A DNA stretch of 62,156 nt, the filler included, from an uncultured bacterium (GTDB lineage Bacteria > DAOPZR01), in the NCBI GenBank assembly GCA_964637655.1. It is 4 parts of 4 records of this genome, joined end to end, with 100 filler letters (N's around TTAATTAATTAA, not from the genome) between each part and the next. Parts side by side here need not be neighbours in the genome. Positions count along the whole stretch, not along the records: positions 15,818 to 31,424 come from CAZWUZ010000056.1; 3 more parts are not named here. One strand, given 5' to 3'. The notes under the pieces are model-generated. The model saw only the letters and a list, made by a program, of their open reading frames with translations, did not search any database and was not told the origin of the DNA. The translations under genes and the position numbers were made by a program. Positions 21,111 to 30,124 of this stretch are shown in pieces. How positions within the stretch are numbered: position 1 is the stretch's first letter; each line of letters opens with the position of its first letter.

Positions 21111-21853
21111 CCGGCACCGCGGCGGTTATCGCCGATATCCACGGCAACCGCGAAGCGCTGGCGGCGGTGCTCGCCGCGGTCGACGCGGCCGGCCACGGCA
21201 CGATTTACTGCCTCGGCGACCTCGTCGGCTACGGGCCCGACCCGGACTGGTGCGTCGAGACCATTCGCGCCCGCAAGTGCGTCTGCCTGCTCGGCAACCA
21301 CGACGCCGTGGCGGCCGGCCTGCGCGACGGCAGCGATTTCAGTCCGCCCGCCCTGCAGGCGATGCACTGGACCCGCCGCCGGCTCAGCCCTGAGCAGCTG
21401 ACGTACCTCGCCGCGCTCCCCACGCGGCGCGAAGTGAGCACCATGACCGGCAACGCGCACCTCGTGCATGCCAGTCTCGTTGACGACTACCTGACCTATA
21501 TCAGCACGCCGGAGCCGGCGCTCGCCTCGCTGCAGCGGCTGCGGCTCGGGCATTTCGCCTGCATCGGACATACGCACAAGCCGGCGCTCTGGACGCTGGC
21601 CGGAGGCACGGCGGTGTTGCAGCCGACACCGGACGGCTGGTGGGAGATACCCATGCAGCCGGTACTGCTCAATCCCGGGAGTTGCGGGCAGCCGCGCGAC
21701 CATGACCAGCGTGCCGCATACCTCGTCTGGGATGTTGCCGGGCGGCGCTGCCGCTGGGAGCGCGTTGCCTATGACGTGACGACAACCCAGCAGAAGATGC
21801 GCGATGCGGGCCTGCCCGACTTTCTCGCCGAGCGCCTCGCCGAAGGCCGCTGA
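21107..21853 (+). CDS. Metallophosphoesterase (calcineurin-like)
   Basis: DIHGN, GDLVGYG, GNHD, GHTH and NPGSCGQPRD. Confidence 0.9.
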   Translation: MTGTAAVIADIHGNREALAAVLAAVDAAGHGTIYCLGDLVGYGPDPDWCVETIRARKCVCLLGNHDAVAAGLRDGSDFSPPALQAMHWTRRRLSPEQLTYLAALPTRREVSTMTGNAHLVHASLVDDYLTYISTPEPALASLQRLRLGHFACIGHTHKPALWTLAGGTAVLQPTPDGWWEIPMQPVLLNPGSCGQPRDHDQRAAYLVWDVAGRRCRWERVAYDVTTTQQKMRDAGLPDFLAERLAEGR

Positions 21854-21910
21854 CCCCATGCCGACGCACGCGGTTGTCAATCCGGCGTTCACCACCGGCG
21901 GCAACGGCTC

Positions 21911-22050
21911 CACCACGGAGCACACGGAGTACACAGAGCGCGCACGCAATGCCGGCGGTTGTACTCTGTTGTCTTCGCGGTTCTGCAAACTGATGGGAGT
22001 TTCGGAGAACGTGCGGGGTATGCTCCGTGCGCTCCGTGTTCTCCGTGGTG
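21911..22050. repeat. MITE/REP-like element with inverted arms built from 9-nt units
   Basis: CACCACGGAGCACACGGAGTACACAGAGC on the left versus GCTCCGTGCGCTCCGTGTTCTCCGTGGTG on the right. Confidence 0.7.
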
Positions 22051-22079
22051 AAATTAGTAATGTGGTGAGTTGCTGAACG

Positions 22080-22532
22080 ATGGCGGCACCGGTGACGCCG
22101 AAACTGACGGTGGACATCATCATCCCGGCGCGCGCCGCGGATGGCAGCGACGGAGTGGTACTCATTGAGCGGAAGAACCCGCCGCATGGCTGGGCGCTCC
22201 CGGGCGGCTTTGTCGATGTCGGCGAGTCGTGCGAGCAGGCGGCGGTGCGCGAGGCGCAGGAGGAGACCGCGCTCGACGTCGTGCTGCAAGGTCAGCTGGC
22301 CACCTACTCGGCGCCGGAGCGCGACCCGCGCGGCCATTCGGTGAGCGTGGTCTATATCGCCCGCCCGGTGACAGAGACGCCGCGCGGACAGGACGATGCA
22401 AAGCAGGCAAAGGTATTCCCGCTGACTGACCTGCCGGCGCTGGCTTTTGATCATGCGCGGCTTTTAGACGATTACCGGGCATGGCGCGCGGGGCAACTGC
22501 CCGCGCTTATCGCCATGCCGGGGAGGAACTGA
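22080..22532 (+). CDS. NUDIX hydrolase
   Basis: Nudix box [22 protein letters not shown], plus RDPRGH and AFDH. Confidence 0.92.
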   Translation: MAAPVTPKLTVDIIIPARAADGSDGVVLIERKNPPHGWALPGGFVDVGESCEQAAVREAQEETALDVVLQGQLATYSAPERDPRGHSVSVVYIARPVTETPRGQDDAKQAKVFPLTDLPALAFDHARLLDDYRAWRAGQLPALIAMPGRN

Positions 22533-23446
22533 TGGGACGCTACACCGAATGCGACCTGACGGGCGTACGCACCGTCGAACTGGCCACGCGCGAGAACAAG
22601 GTGAGCACCGCTGACTTCGTGCAGCCGCAACCGGGGGAACTGCGCTTCCCGCGCGTGCTCAAGGGGGTAGACTTCTACGCGCTCGTCGACGCGCTGCGTG
22701 CGGCGAAGGCGGCGGGCAGGCCGGTTCTCTGGGGGATGGGCGGGCACGTGCTCAAGGTCGGCTGCACCCCGCTGTTTTTCGACCTCATCGCCCGCGGCTG
22801 GGTGCAGGGGATCGCGGTCAACGGTTCGGTTACCATCCACGACAGCGAGATCGCGCTCTGCGGCGCTACCTCGGAGGACGTCGGGAAGAACATGGTCGAC
22901 GGCTCCTTCGGCATGTCGAAAGAAACGGCGGCCTTCATCAGCAGCGCGCTGGCCCGCGGGCGCGCGCAGGGGCTCGGCTACGGCGAAGCACTGGGCAAGG
23001 CCATCGACGAGGACGGACTCCCGTACCGCGACAGTTCGCTGCTCGCGCAGGCGTATCGCGCCGGGGTGCCGGTGACGGCGCACGTCGGGGTTGGCACGGA
23101 TATCGTCCACCAGCACCCGAACATCGACGGGGCGACGGTGGGGGAACTGTCACTGCGCGATTTCCGCATCTTCACCCACCTGCTCTGCGGCATCGAAGGG
23201 GGCGCCTATCTCAACTGGGGGAGCGCGGTGCTGCTGCCGGAAGTGTTTCTCAAGGCGCTGACCGTGGCGCGCAATCTCGGGCACCGCGCGCACAACTTCA
23301 CTGCCGCGGTCTTCGATATGAATGTCCACTACCGCGCGGGGGAAAACGTGGCGCGTCGTCCGACCAAGGACGGTGGCCAGGGCTATTACTTTGTCGGGCA
23401 TCATGAACTGATGCTCCCGCTGCTCCATTATCACCTGACCCGTTGA
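22532..23446 (+). CDS. DHS-like fold protein of unknown function
   Basis: MGGHVLKVG, HDSEIAL, GSFGMSKET, TAHVGVGTDIVH, GSAVLLPEVFLKAL and GHHELM. Lacks the EAVSWGK motif. Confidence 0.65.
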   Translation: MGRYTECDLTGVRTVELATRENKVSTADFVQPQPGELRFPRVLKGVDFYALVDALRAAKAAGRPVLWGMGGHVLKVGCTPLFFDLIARGWVQGIAVNGSVTIHDSEIALCGATSEDVGKNMVDGSFGMSKETAAFISSALARGRAQGLGYGEALGKAIDEDGLPYRDSSLLAQAYRAGVPVTAHVGVGTDIVHQHPNIDGATVGELSLRDFRIFTHLLCGIEGGAYLNWGSAVLLPEVFLKALTVARNLGHRAHNFTAAVFDMNVHYRAGENVARRPTKDGGQGYYFVGHHELMLPLLHYHLTR

Positions 23447-23488
23447 CAGCAGCGACGGGGCGTGCTATGCTGCGCGCGGGAGAGGGAA

Positions 23489-24463
23489 ATGGACATCTAT
23501 CTCAATAACGAACGCTTGGAGTTCACCCTGAACGGGGAGAAAACCGCGGCTGAGGTGCGTGCGGCGCTGACCGCGACGCTGACCCCGCACGACCGCATCC
23601 TCACCGCCTTTGCTGTCGATGGCGACAGCAGCGAGTCGGTGCTGGCCAAAGCCGTCGACGCCATCAGCGAGATCCGCGCCGAGGCGGAGAGTGTCGGCGA
23701 CCTCGTCGGCGCGTCGCTGCGCAGTGCCGCCGAGTATGTCGAAAAAATGGAACGTGCCGGCAGCGAAATCGCCGGGTTCGACCCGCAGCAGCAGGCGGTC
23801 GAGGCGGGGCTTATCCGCCCGATGCTCGCTGAAGGGCTCGAATGGGTCTGCCGCGTGCTGCAATACTCCGCCACGCTGACCCGCCAGCAGCCGGCGGGGC
23901 TGGCCGAAGCGTGCAGCGAAGGCACTGCGGTGGCACAGGCGCTCAAGGACGCTGACGACGCGCAGGCGCGTGACCTTATCATGCAGCGGGTGCGCCCGCT
24001 GACCGGGAAACTCAAGCAGGCGCAGGCGGCGCTGGCGCTGGTCGGGAATGCCGGCAAGGTGCGCCAGCGGCAGCTGCGCGAGCAGGTGGCGCGCTTCATC
24101 GGTGAGCTCCCCGTGCTCAACGCGGAGTTCCGCCAGACCGCCACCCTGCTGCAGACGGGCGAAGAGCTGCGCGGACTGCAGTCGTTCCAGGAGGCGGTGA
24201 CCAAACTGCAGGACCTTATTGCCGTGCTGCAGGACGTGCAGCGACTCAGCGGGCTCGACTTCAACGCGGAACGGGTCGACGACAAGCCGCTGGCCCACTG
24301 GGTGCAGGATTTTCTCGACACGCTCAAGCAGGTGGTCGACACCTTCGGCAACCGCGACTTCGTCCTGCTGGCCGACCTGCTCGAGTACGAGATGGTGCCG
24401 CGTCTCGAACGCTGGCAGCGCGTGCTGCAGCAGGTGCAGACGCAACTCCCCCCGGTCGACTGA
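23489..24463 (+). CDS. Hypothetical helical-bundle protein
   Basis: SD plus TTGACA-N17-TATGCT at 23443-23471. C-terminal DFVLLADLLEYE motif. Confidence 0.7.
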   Translation: MDIYLNNERLEFTLNGEKTAAEVRAALTATLTPHDRILTAFAVDGDSSESVLAKAVDAISEIRAEAESVGDLVGASLRSAAEYVEKMERAGSEIAGFDPQQQAVEAGLIRPMLAEGLEWVCRVLQYSATLTRQQPAGLAEACSEGTAVAQALKDADDAQARDLIMQRVRPLTGKLKQAQAALALVGNAGKVRQRQLREQVARFIGELPVLNAEFRQTATLLQTGEELRGLQSFQEAVTKLQDLIAVLQDVQRLSGLDFNAERVDDKPLAHWVQDFLDTLKQVVDTFGNRDFVLLADLLEYEMVPRLERWQRVLQQVQTQLPPVD

Positions 24464-24464
24464 C

Positions 24465-25244
24465 GTGCGCGTCTGTTCGCTGGCGAGCGGCAGCGCGGGA
24501 AACGCCATTCTCGTGCAGGGACATACTACGACCGTCATGATCGATGCCGGGCTGAGCGGCAGCAAACTCGCCGCGCGCGCGGCGCAGGTTGGCATTGACC
24601 TCGCCCGTCTTGATGCCATTCTCGTCACCCATGAGCATGGCGACCATATCGGCGGTGTCGGGGTGCTGGCCCGCCGCCACGGCACACCGGTCTATATCGA
24701 CCCGCAGACGCTTGCGGCCGGCGCGGAAAAACTGGGGCGCCTGCCCGACTGCCGGAAAATCGAAACCCCGCTGTTTACCGTGGGCGAATTCACTGTCACG
24801 GCCTTCCCGCTGCCGCATGACGCGGTCAACCCGTGCGGGTTCTCGCTCAGCGACGGGGTCTCGACGGCGACGGTGATGACCGACTGCGGCGCGCTCAACC
24901 AGGTGCTGACCGTGCGCGCGCGGGAAAGCGACATCCTCGTACTCGAGGCGAATTACGAATACGACCTCGTGCTCGAATCGGACCGTCCGTGGCCCAACAA
25001 GCAGCGCGTGCTGGGCAACCGTGGCCATCTGTCGAATGAGGACGCGGCGAAACTGGTCGGCATGCTGGCGGGGAGCCGGGTACAGACCGTCATTCTCGCC
25101 CATCTCAGCGATGATCACAATACGAACGCCCATGCGCTGGCCCGCCTCGACAGCGGCGGGCTGCCGCGCATCATCATCGCGGAGCAGGATACGGTGAGCG
25201 AATGGGTCGAGGCGCGGGTACATCCGGAGGCCAAGGTATGCTGA
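24465..25244 (+). CDS. MBL-fold hydrolase (YycJ/WalJ-like)
   Basis: LASGSAGNA, THEHGDH, PHDA, LEANY, GHLSN and AHLS. Confidence 0.88.
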   Translation: MRVCSLASGSAGNAILVQGHTTTVMIDAGLSGSKLAARAAQVGIDLARLDAILVTHEHGDHIGGVGVLARRHGTPVYIDPQTLAAGAEKLGRLPDCRKIETPLFTVGEFTVTAFPLPHDAVNPCGFSLSDGVSTATVMTDCGALNQVLTVRARESDILVLEANYEYDLVLESDRPWPNKQRVLGNRGHLSNEDAAKLVGMLAGSRVQTVILAHLSDDHNTNAHALARLDSGGLPRIIIAEQDTVSEWVEARVHPEAKVC

Positions 25245-26878
25245 ACGCACGCGAGGAACTCAAACAGCGGCTGGCCGCGGCGGCGCAGGCCTGCGCCGGG
25301 CCGGCGGCCAACATCGGTAGCGCGCGGGCGCGGCAGCCGGAACATGGCGCCTATTCAACCAACCTCGCCATGACGCTGGCGAAAGCGGCGAAATGCGCGC
25401 CGCGGGCGCTGGCGGAAAAAATCGTGGCGGCGTTCGACAGCGGCGACCTGTTTGCTGTGCCGGAGATTGCCGGGCCGGGTTTCATCAATTTTCGCCTGAC
25501 GGAAGCGGCCCTGCAGGGATTGGCGCGGGAAATTGTCGACGCCGGCGGAAACTACGGCCGCACGGACGCGGGCCGGGGCCGGAAGGTGCTGGTTGAATTC
25601 GTCAGTGCCAACCCGACCGGGCCGCTGCATATCGGCACCGGGCGCAATGCCGCCTATGGCGATGCCGTGGCGCGTCTGCTCGCTGCCACCGGCTACGCGG
25701 TGACCCGCGAATACTATCTCAACGATACGGGCAACCAGACGAAACTGCTGGGCGAGTCGCTCTGGGTCAGGTACCGGCAGGCGCAGGGTCAGGCGGCACA
25801 GCTCCCGGAAGAAGGGTATCAGGGCGAGTACCTGAAGGAAATCGCGCAGCGGGCAGTGCGCGATTTGGGCGCAGGATACGAAAAACTCGACGAGCAGACG
25901 AATGAAATCTTCAGTGAATACGCCTGTAAAGTGATACTTGAAGAGATAACCGGCGACCTGAAAAAGTTCGGCGTAACCTTCGACCGGTGGCAGAGCGAGA
26001 AGCAGCTGTATGCCGATGGCGAAGTGGATAAGGCAGTTGCCCGCCTGCAGCAGGCGGGGGCGCTGGAGGAGAAGGATGGCGCCCTTTGGCTGAAGTCCGA
26101 CCTGCATGGTGACGAGAAACCGCGCGTGGTCAGGCGCGAGGACAGGCGCTATACCTATCTCGCTTCCGATATTGCCTATCATGCGCAGAAATTCGCCCGC
26201 GGCTTCGACCGCTGCATCGATGTCTGGGGGTACGACCATCATGGCTACGAGGGGCGCATCCGCGCCGCGCTGCGCTTTCTCGCGCTGGACGACAGCGCGC
26301 TGGCCATCCGTTTCTATCAGCTGGTCAACCTGATGGAAAACGGGCAGAAAGTGGCCATGGGAAAGCGCTCGGGAAGCTTCGTCACCCTGCGGCAGGTGAC
26401 CGACGAGGTCTCCACCGATGTGGCGCGCTGGTTCTTCCTCATGCGCAGCCATGACAGCCACCTCGATTTCGACCTGGCGCTGGCCAAACAGCAATCCAAC
26501 GACAACCCCGTCTACTACGTGCAGTACGCGCATGCCCGTATCGCCAGCATCTGCCGGCAGGAGGCAGCCGCGGCGCTGGGAGAGGCCACTCCGGCTGACT
26601 GCGCGCTGCTTACCGACCCGGCCGAGCGTGCCCTGCTGCTCGCTTTGCTGCGCTTCCCGGACGAGGTGGCCGATGCCGCCGCCGCGCTCGAACCGCAACG
26701 GCTGACCGTCTACCTGCACGATCTGACGGGCGCCTACCATCAGTTTTACGACCGCTGCCGCGTGCTGGGCGATGATGCCGCGCTGTCGCGCGCCCGCCTG
26801 CTGCTCTGCCGCGCCGCCCAGCAGACCATCGCCAACGGCCTTTCCCTGCTCGGCATCTCCGCCCCCAGCCAGATGTAA
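25238..26878 (+). CDS. argS: Arginine--tRNA ligase
   Basis: AGPGFINF, VEFVSANPTGPLHIG, YLASDIAYH, NPVYYVQYAHARI and LGISAP. Confidence 0.95.
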   Translation: MLNAREELKQRLAAAAQACAGPAANIGSARARQPEHGAYSTNLAMTLAKAAKCAPRALAEKIVAAFDSGDLFAVPEIAGPGFINFRLTEAALQGLAREIVDAGGNYGRTDAGRGRKVLVEFVSANPTGPLHIGTGRNAAYGDAVARLLAATGYAVTREYYLNDTGNQTKLLGESLWVRYRQAQGQAAQLPEEGYQGEYLKEIAQRAVRDLGAGYEKLDEQTNEIFSEYACKVILEEITGDLKKFGVTFDRWQSEKQLYADGEVDKAVARLQQAGALEEKDGALWLKSDLHGDEKPRVVRREDRRYTYLASDIAYHAQKFARGFDRCIDVWGYDHHGYEGRIRAALRFLALDDSALAIRFYQLVNLMENGQKVAMGKRSGSFVTLRQVTDEVSTDVARWFFLMRSHDSHLDFDLALAKQQSNDNPVYYVQYAHARIASICRQEAAAALGEATPADCALLTDPAERALLLALLRFPDEVADAAAALEPQRLTVYLHDLTGAYHQFYDRCRVLGDDAALSRARLLLCRAAQQTIANGLSLLGISAPSQM

Positions 26879-26881
26879 TGG

Positions 26882-27082
26882 ATGGGGACAGGTGTTTACA
26901 AATTAACTAACTTTTCTGTAGGTGCCGTAAAACACGTTTTCCCGGGGTTTGCTCCCGTTTTCGTGGATAGCGCGGGCAGATGTTGCCTATCAACTGACCC
27001 CTCCTTTTTGAAGATTTGCCGTTTGGAGCCATTATAAGCCACTTTCAGGAAAGTTTGTAAGTTTGTAAACACCCGTCCCCAT
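26882..27082. mobile_element. MITE-like non-coding element with ~33-bp imperfect terminal inverted repeats
   Basis: ATGGGGACAGGTGTTTACAAATTAACTAACTTT versus the reverse complement of the right end, ATGGGGACGGGTGTTTACAAACTTACAAACTTT. AT-rich interior. Confidence 0.65.
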
Positions 27083-27105
27083 AAAGGGATCATTTTCTCT
27101 GACGC

Positions 27106-27133
27106 TCAATATGTAGCCCTTTTCAGCCGATAA
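27106..27133 (+). promoter_or_regulatory. Sigma28 (FliA/SigD)-type promoter
   Basis: TCAA-N16-GCCGATAA upstream of flgE. Confidence 0.65.
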
Positions 27134-27165
27134 GGAGGGCAGAAACGGCGGGAGGGGATACGCCC

Positions 27166-29292
27166 ATGATGCGGATTCTGTATACATCGACCACGGGAAT
27201 GCGGCAGAGCGAGAACGGGCTCGACGTTATCGGGAACAATCTCGCCAATGTCAATACGGTCGGCTTCAAACGCAGCGCCGTCCATTTCAGCGACCTGATG
27301 TCGCAGACATTGAGCATAGCGCGCGAAACGCAGGGGGCAAAGCAGGTCGGGCTCGGGGTGGGCATGTCGGCCATCAACCCGGTCTTCACGCAGGGTTCCG
27401 CGCAGGTGACGGGCAGCACGCTCGACATGATGCTCAACGGGGACGGGATGTTTATTGTCAAGGGGCCTGCTACCGCGGGCGGTGAAGGTATCCGCTACAC
27501 GCGGGCCGGACACTTCGCGCTCGACAGCGGCGTGACGGACGAAGCGAGCGGCACCCCGCAGAATTCCACCACGGGTGAACTGCTGTATCATCTTACCGAC
27601 CCGACCTACAGCACCCCGGTGTCGCTGGTCGACAGCACCTCGGGGTATATCGTGCAGGGGTGGCTGGCCGACGCCAACGGCACCATAACTACCGGCGCCG
27701 GCGTGGTCGATATCCAGTTCGACAGCGGGGTGCGGACCCTGGCGGCCGCGGCCAGCACACGGGTGGCGCTGGCGGGCAATCTCGACGCCACGAGTACCGA
27801 CCGCTACACGCTGCTCAGCAGTTCGGCAACCGCGGCTGACGCGGCAGTACCCGTGCTCAGCGACCTGACCGGACACCCGGAAGCGAAAGCGGCAGGCATC
27901 TACCGGTTGCAAAGTGCTGCTGACGGTTCCTACCGGCTGACCTATGTGCCGGACAACAACAGCCCGCAACTGCTGTCTTCGGATGTGGTCAGCGCCCTCA
28001 GCGGGTCGAGCACCGCGGGGCGCATCGGGACCTATACCGTGGTCACACAAAACGACGGGTCGGCCGCGGTCACCTTCAACGACGGGGTCAACCCGCCGGA
28101 AGTGACGAATTTCGCGGCCGGCACGGTCAGCGCAGGAACGGTGTCCGGGCTCATCCCGGGCGTGTCGCTCACCTTCGGCAACACCCTTGCCGGCACGACC
28201 GCCGTACAGGTGACCGGCGACACGACCACCGGCGCACCCGGGGTCATCACTGCGGGCAGCACGAAGTATGACCTCATCGACGGGGTGGCGCTGACCTTCG
28301 GAGCGGATATCGCGGGGACGACCGTCATCGACACCACCGGGTCAGCGACCGCGGGTGAATACCTCATCCCGTCAAGCATCTACGACGCCAACGGCATTGC
28401 CTACCGACTCGAAACCCGGGTGAACCACCTCGGGCAGAACCGCTGGGGCTATCATATGCGCGTGGCGGATGAGCAGACCTTCACCGCGCAGGGGACGGCT
28501 GGCGGTGAAACCTTCATCCTGCGGCACGCGCCCGAACCGGGAACGGTGGAAATCTACGTCGGAGCGAGCAGCACGCCGCTCGACAGCAGCCGGTTCGCCA
28601 TCAGCGGCAACCAGATCGTTCCGGTCGATACGGATGGCGACACAGTCAACGATTCACCGGCGATGACCGCGGGACAGAGCGTGCGCATCGCCTACAAACT
28701 CGCGGAGAGCGGCAGTACGAACCATCGCGGCACCATCGAGTTTGACGCCGACGGTCAGCTGGACGGGCTCTACGACACCACCGGCGCGGCAGTGGTCTCG
28801 CCGTTTACCGCCACGTTCGGCACGGCGGCCTTTTCGCTGGCCACGGATTTCAGCGACCTGGTGCAATATGCGGGAAGCAGTGAGGCGGAAACCGCGGCAG
28901 TGGACGGCAATCCGTCGGGGACGCTGCTCGGGGTCTCGGTGGACAGTGCCGGGCGTATCGTTGGCGCCTACACCAACGGGCAGACACGGGCGCTGGCGCA
29001 GGTGGCGGTAGCGCATTTTGCCAACCCGCAGGGCCTGCTGCGCATGGGTGATAACTACTTTACGGAAACGGAAAACAGTGGCGAGGCGCAGGCCCTCCCC
29101 GCGCTTGGTGACCCGGTGCTCGGCACGGCCAGCGGCACGTGGATTCGCGGCAGCGCGCTCGAGGTGTCGAATGTCGACACGGCGACGGAAATGATCGACA
29201 TGATCGCCTTCCAGCGCGCGTATCAGCTCAATTCGCGCGGCATTTCGACGGCGGATACCATGATCAAGACCGCGGTGGACATGAAGCGGTAG
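27166..29292 (+). CDS. flgE: Flagellar hook protein FlgE (long form)
   Basis: LDVIGNNLANVNTVGFK, FTQGS, GDGMF, YTRAGHF, LAGNL, FANPQGL, LEVSNVD and FQRAYQLNSR. Confidence 0.9.
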   Translation: MMRILYTSTTGMRQSENGLDVIGNNLANVNTVGFKRSAVHFSDLMSQTLSIARETQGAKQVGLGVGMSAINPVFTQGSAQVTGSTLDMMLNGDGMFIVKGPATAGGEGIRYTRAGHFALDSGVTDEASGTPQNSTTGELLYHLTDPTYSTPVSLVDSTSGYIVQGWLADANGTITTGAGVVDIQFDSGVRTLAAAASTRVALAGNLDATSTDRYTLLSSSATAADAAVPVLSDLTGHPEAKAAGIYRLQSAADGSYRLTYVPDNNSPQLLSSDVVSALSGSSTAGRIGTYTVVTQNDGSAAVTFNDGVNPPEVTNFAAGTVSAGTVSGLIPGVSLTFGNTLAGTTAVQVTGDTTTGAPGVITAGSTKYDLIDGVALTFGADIAGTTVIDTTGSATAGEYLIPSSIYDANGIAYRLETRVNHLGQNRWGYHMRVADEQTFTAQGTAGGETFILRHAPEPGTVEIYVGASSTPLDSSRFAISGNQIVPVDTDGDTVNDSPAMTAGQSVRIAYKLAESGSTNHRGTIEFDADGQLDGLYDTTGAAVVSPFTATFGTAAFSLATDFSDLVQYAGSSEAETAAVDGNPSGTLLGVSVDSAGRIVGAYTNGQTRALAQVAVAHFANPQGLLRMGDNYFTETENSGEAQALPALGDPVLGTASGTWIRGSALEVSNVDTATEMIDMIAFQRAYQLNSRGISTADTMIKTAVDMKR

Positions 29293-29341
29293 GCGGCGGC
29301 AGCTCCCGGCCGCACCGACCGGGAGTGACGGAGACACAACA

Positions 29342-29372
29342 ACGGCCTGACGGAGAAAATCCGTCAGGCCGT
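29342..29372. terminator. Bidirectional terminator hairpin
   Basis: Perfect 13-bp stem ACGGCCTGACGGA/TCCGTCAGGCCGT between convergent genes. Confidence 0.7.
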
Positions 29373-29394
29373 CAGTATCTGCTGCGGAAACGGT

Positions 29395-29688
29395 TTAGTG
29401 CTGCTCTTTCGACTTGCGGTAGGCGTCCTTGCCGGCCGCCACCGCGGCGCCGAGTTCTTCCTTGCGATCCGCGACGAACGACTTGCCCTGGTCGAGCCGG
29501 TCGGCGAGATAATCCTTCGCCTGCTCGTAGCGGTCCTCGCTCTCATCGCGCAGCCGCGCGGCGGCATCCGCCAGCTTGCGGCGCGTTTCGCTGCCGGCCG
29601 ACGGCGCGTAAAGCAGCGCCACGGCAGATCCCACCACTGCCCCCAGCAGGAAGGCCAGCGTCACATCACCATACGATTCGCGTGACAT
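29395..29688 (-). CDS. YtxH-domain protein
   Basis: FLLGAVVGSAVALLYAPSAGSETR. Confidence 0.85.
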   Translation of the reverse strand: MSRESYGDVTLAFLLGAVVGSAVALLYAPSAGSETRRKLADAAARLRDESEDRYEQAKDYLADRLDQGKSFVADRKEELGAAVAAGKDAYRKSKEQH

Positions 29689-29702
29689 AGTCAACTCTCC
29701 TT

Positions 29703-30068
29703 TCAGGATTGTTCCGTTTTTTTGCGGAAGAACTGCATCCCGCTTTTGATGCCGGCCACCAGGCCGGCTGCTTTCACGAACGGTACTGCCAGCTTGTCGG
29801 TGGCGCCGATGACCTTGCTGGCCACCGCATCCACCTGTGCGGAGATGTGCGCGATATGCGCGACCGGCTCATTGAGGCGCTCGGTGGCGCGGTCGATATT
29901 GGCCGCCACGCGCCTGACTTCAGGGATGACGGTCTGCACATCAGTGACGGTCTCTTCCAGCGCCCCGAGCGTACGGCGCAGTTGCGCCAGCACCTGGTAC
30001 AACTGGAATGCAAGCGCAGCCAGGATGATAGTGATGACCAGCAGGCAGAATTGCGTGACTGTCAGCAT
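29703..30068 (-). CDS. DUF948-family protein
   Basis: N-terminal TM plus coiled coil, paired with YtxH. Confidence 0.7.
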   Translation of the reverse strand: MLTVTQFCLLVITIILAALAFQLYQVLAQLRRTLGALEETVTDVQTVIPEVRRVAANIDRATERLNEPVAHIAHISAQVDAVASKVIGATDKLAVPFVKAAGLVAGIKSGMQFFRKKTEQS

Positions 30069-30124
30069 GAGCGCACCTCCCTGCCACCCACCTTATCTTG
30101 CCGCTCCGGCTTTGTCAACACGCG

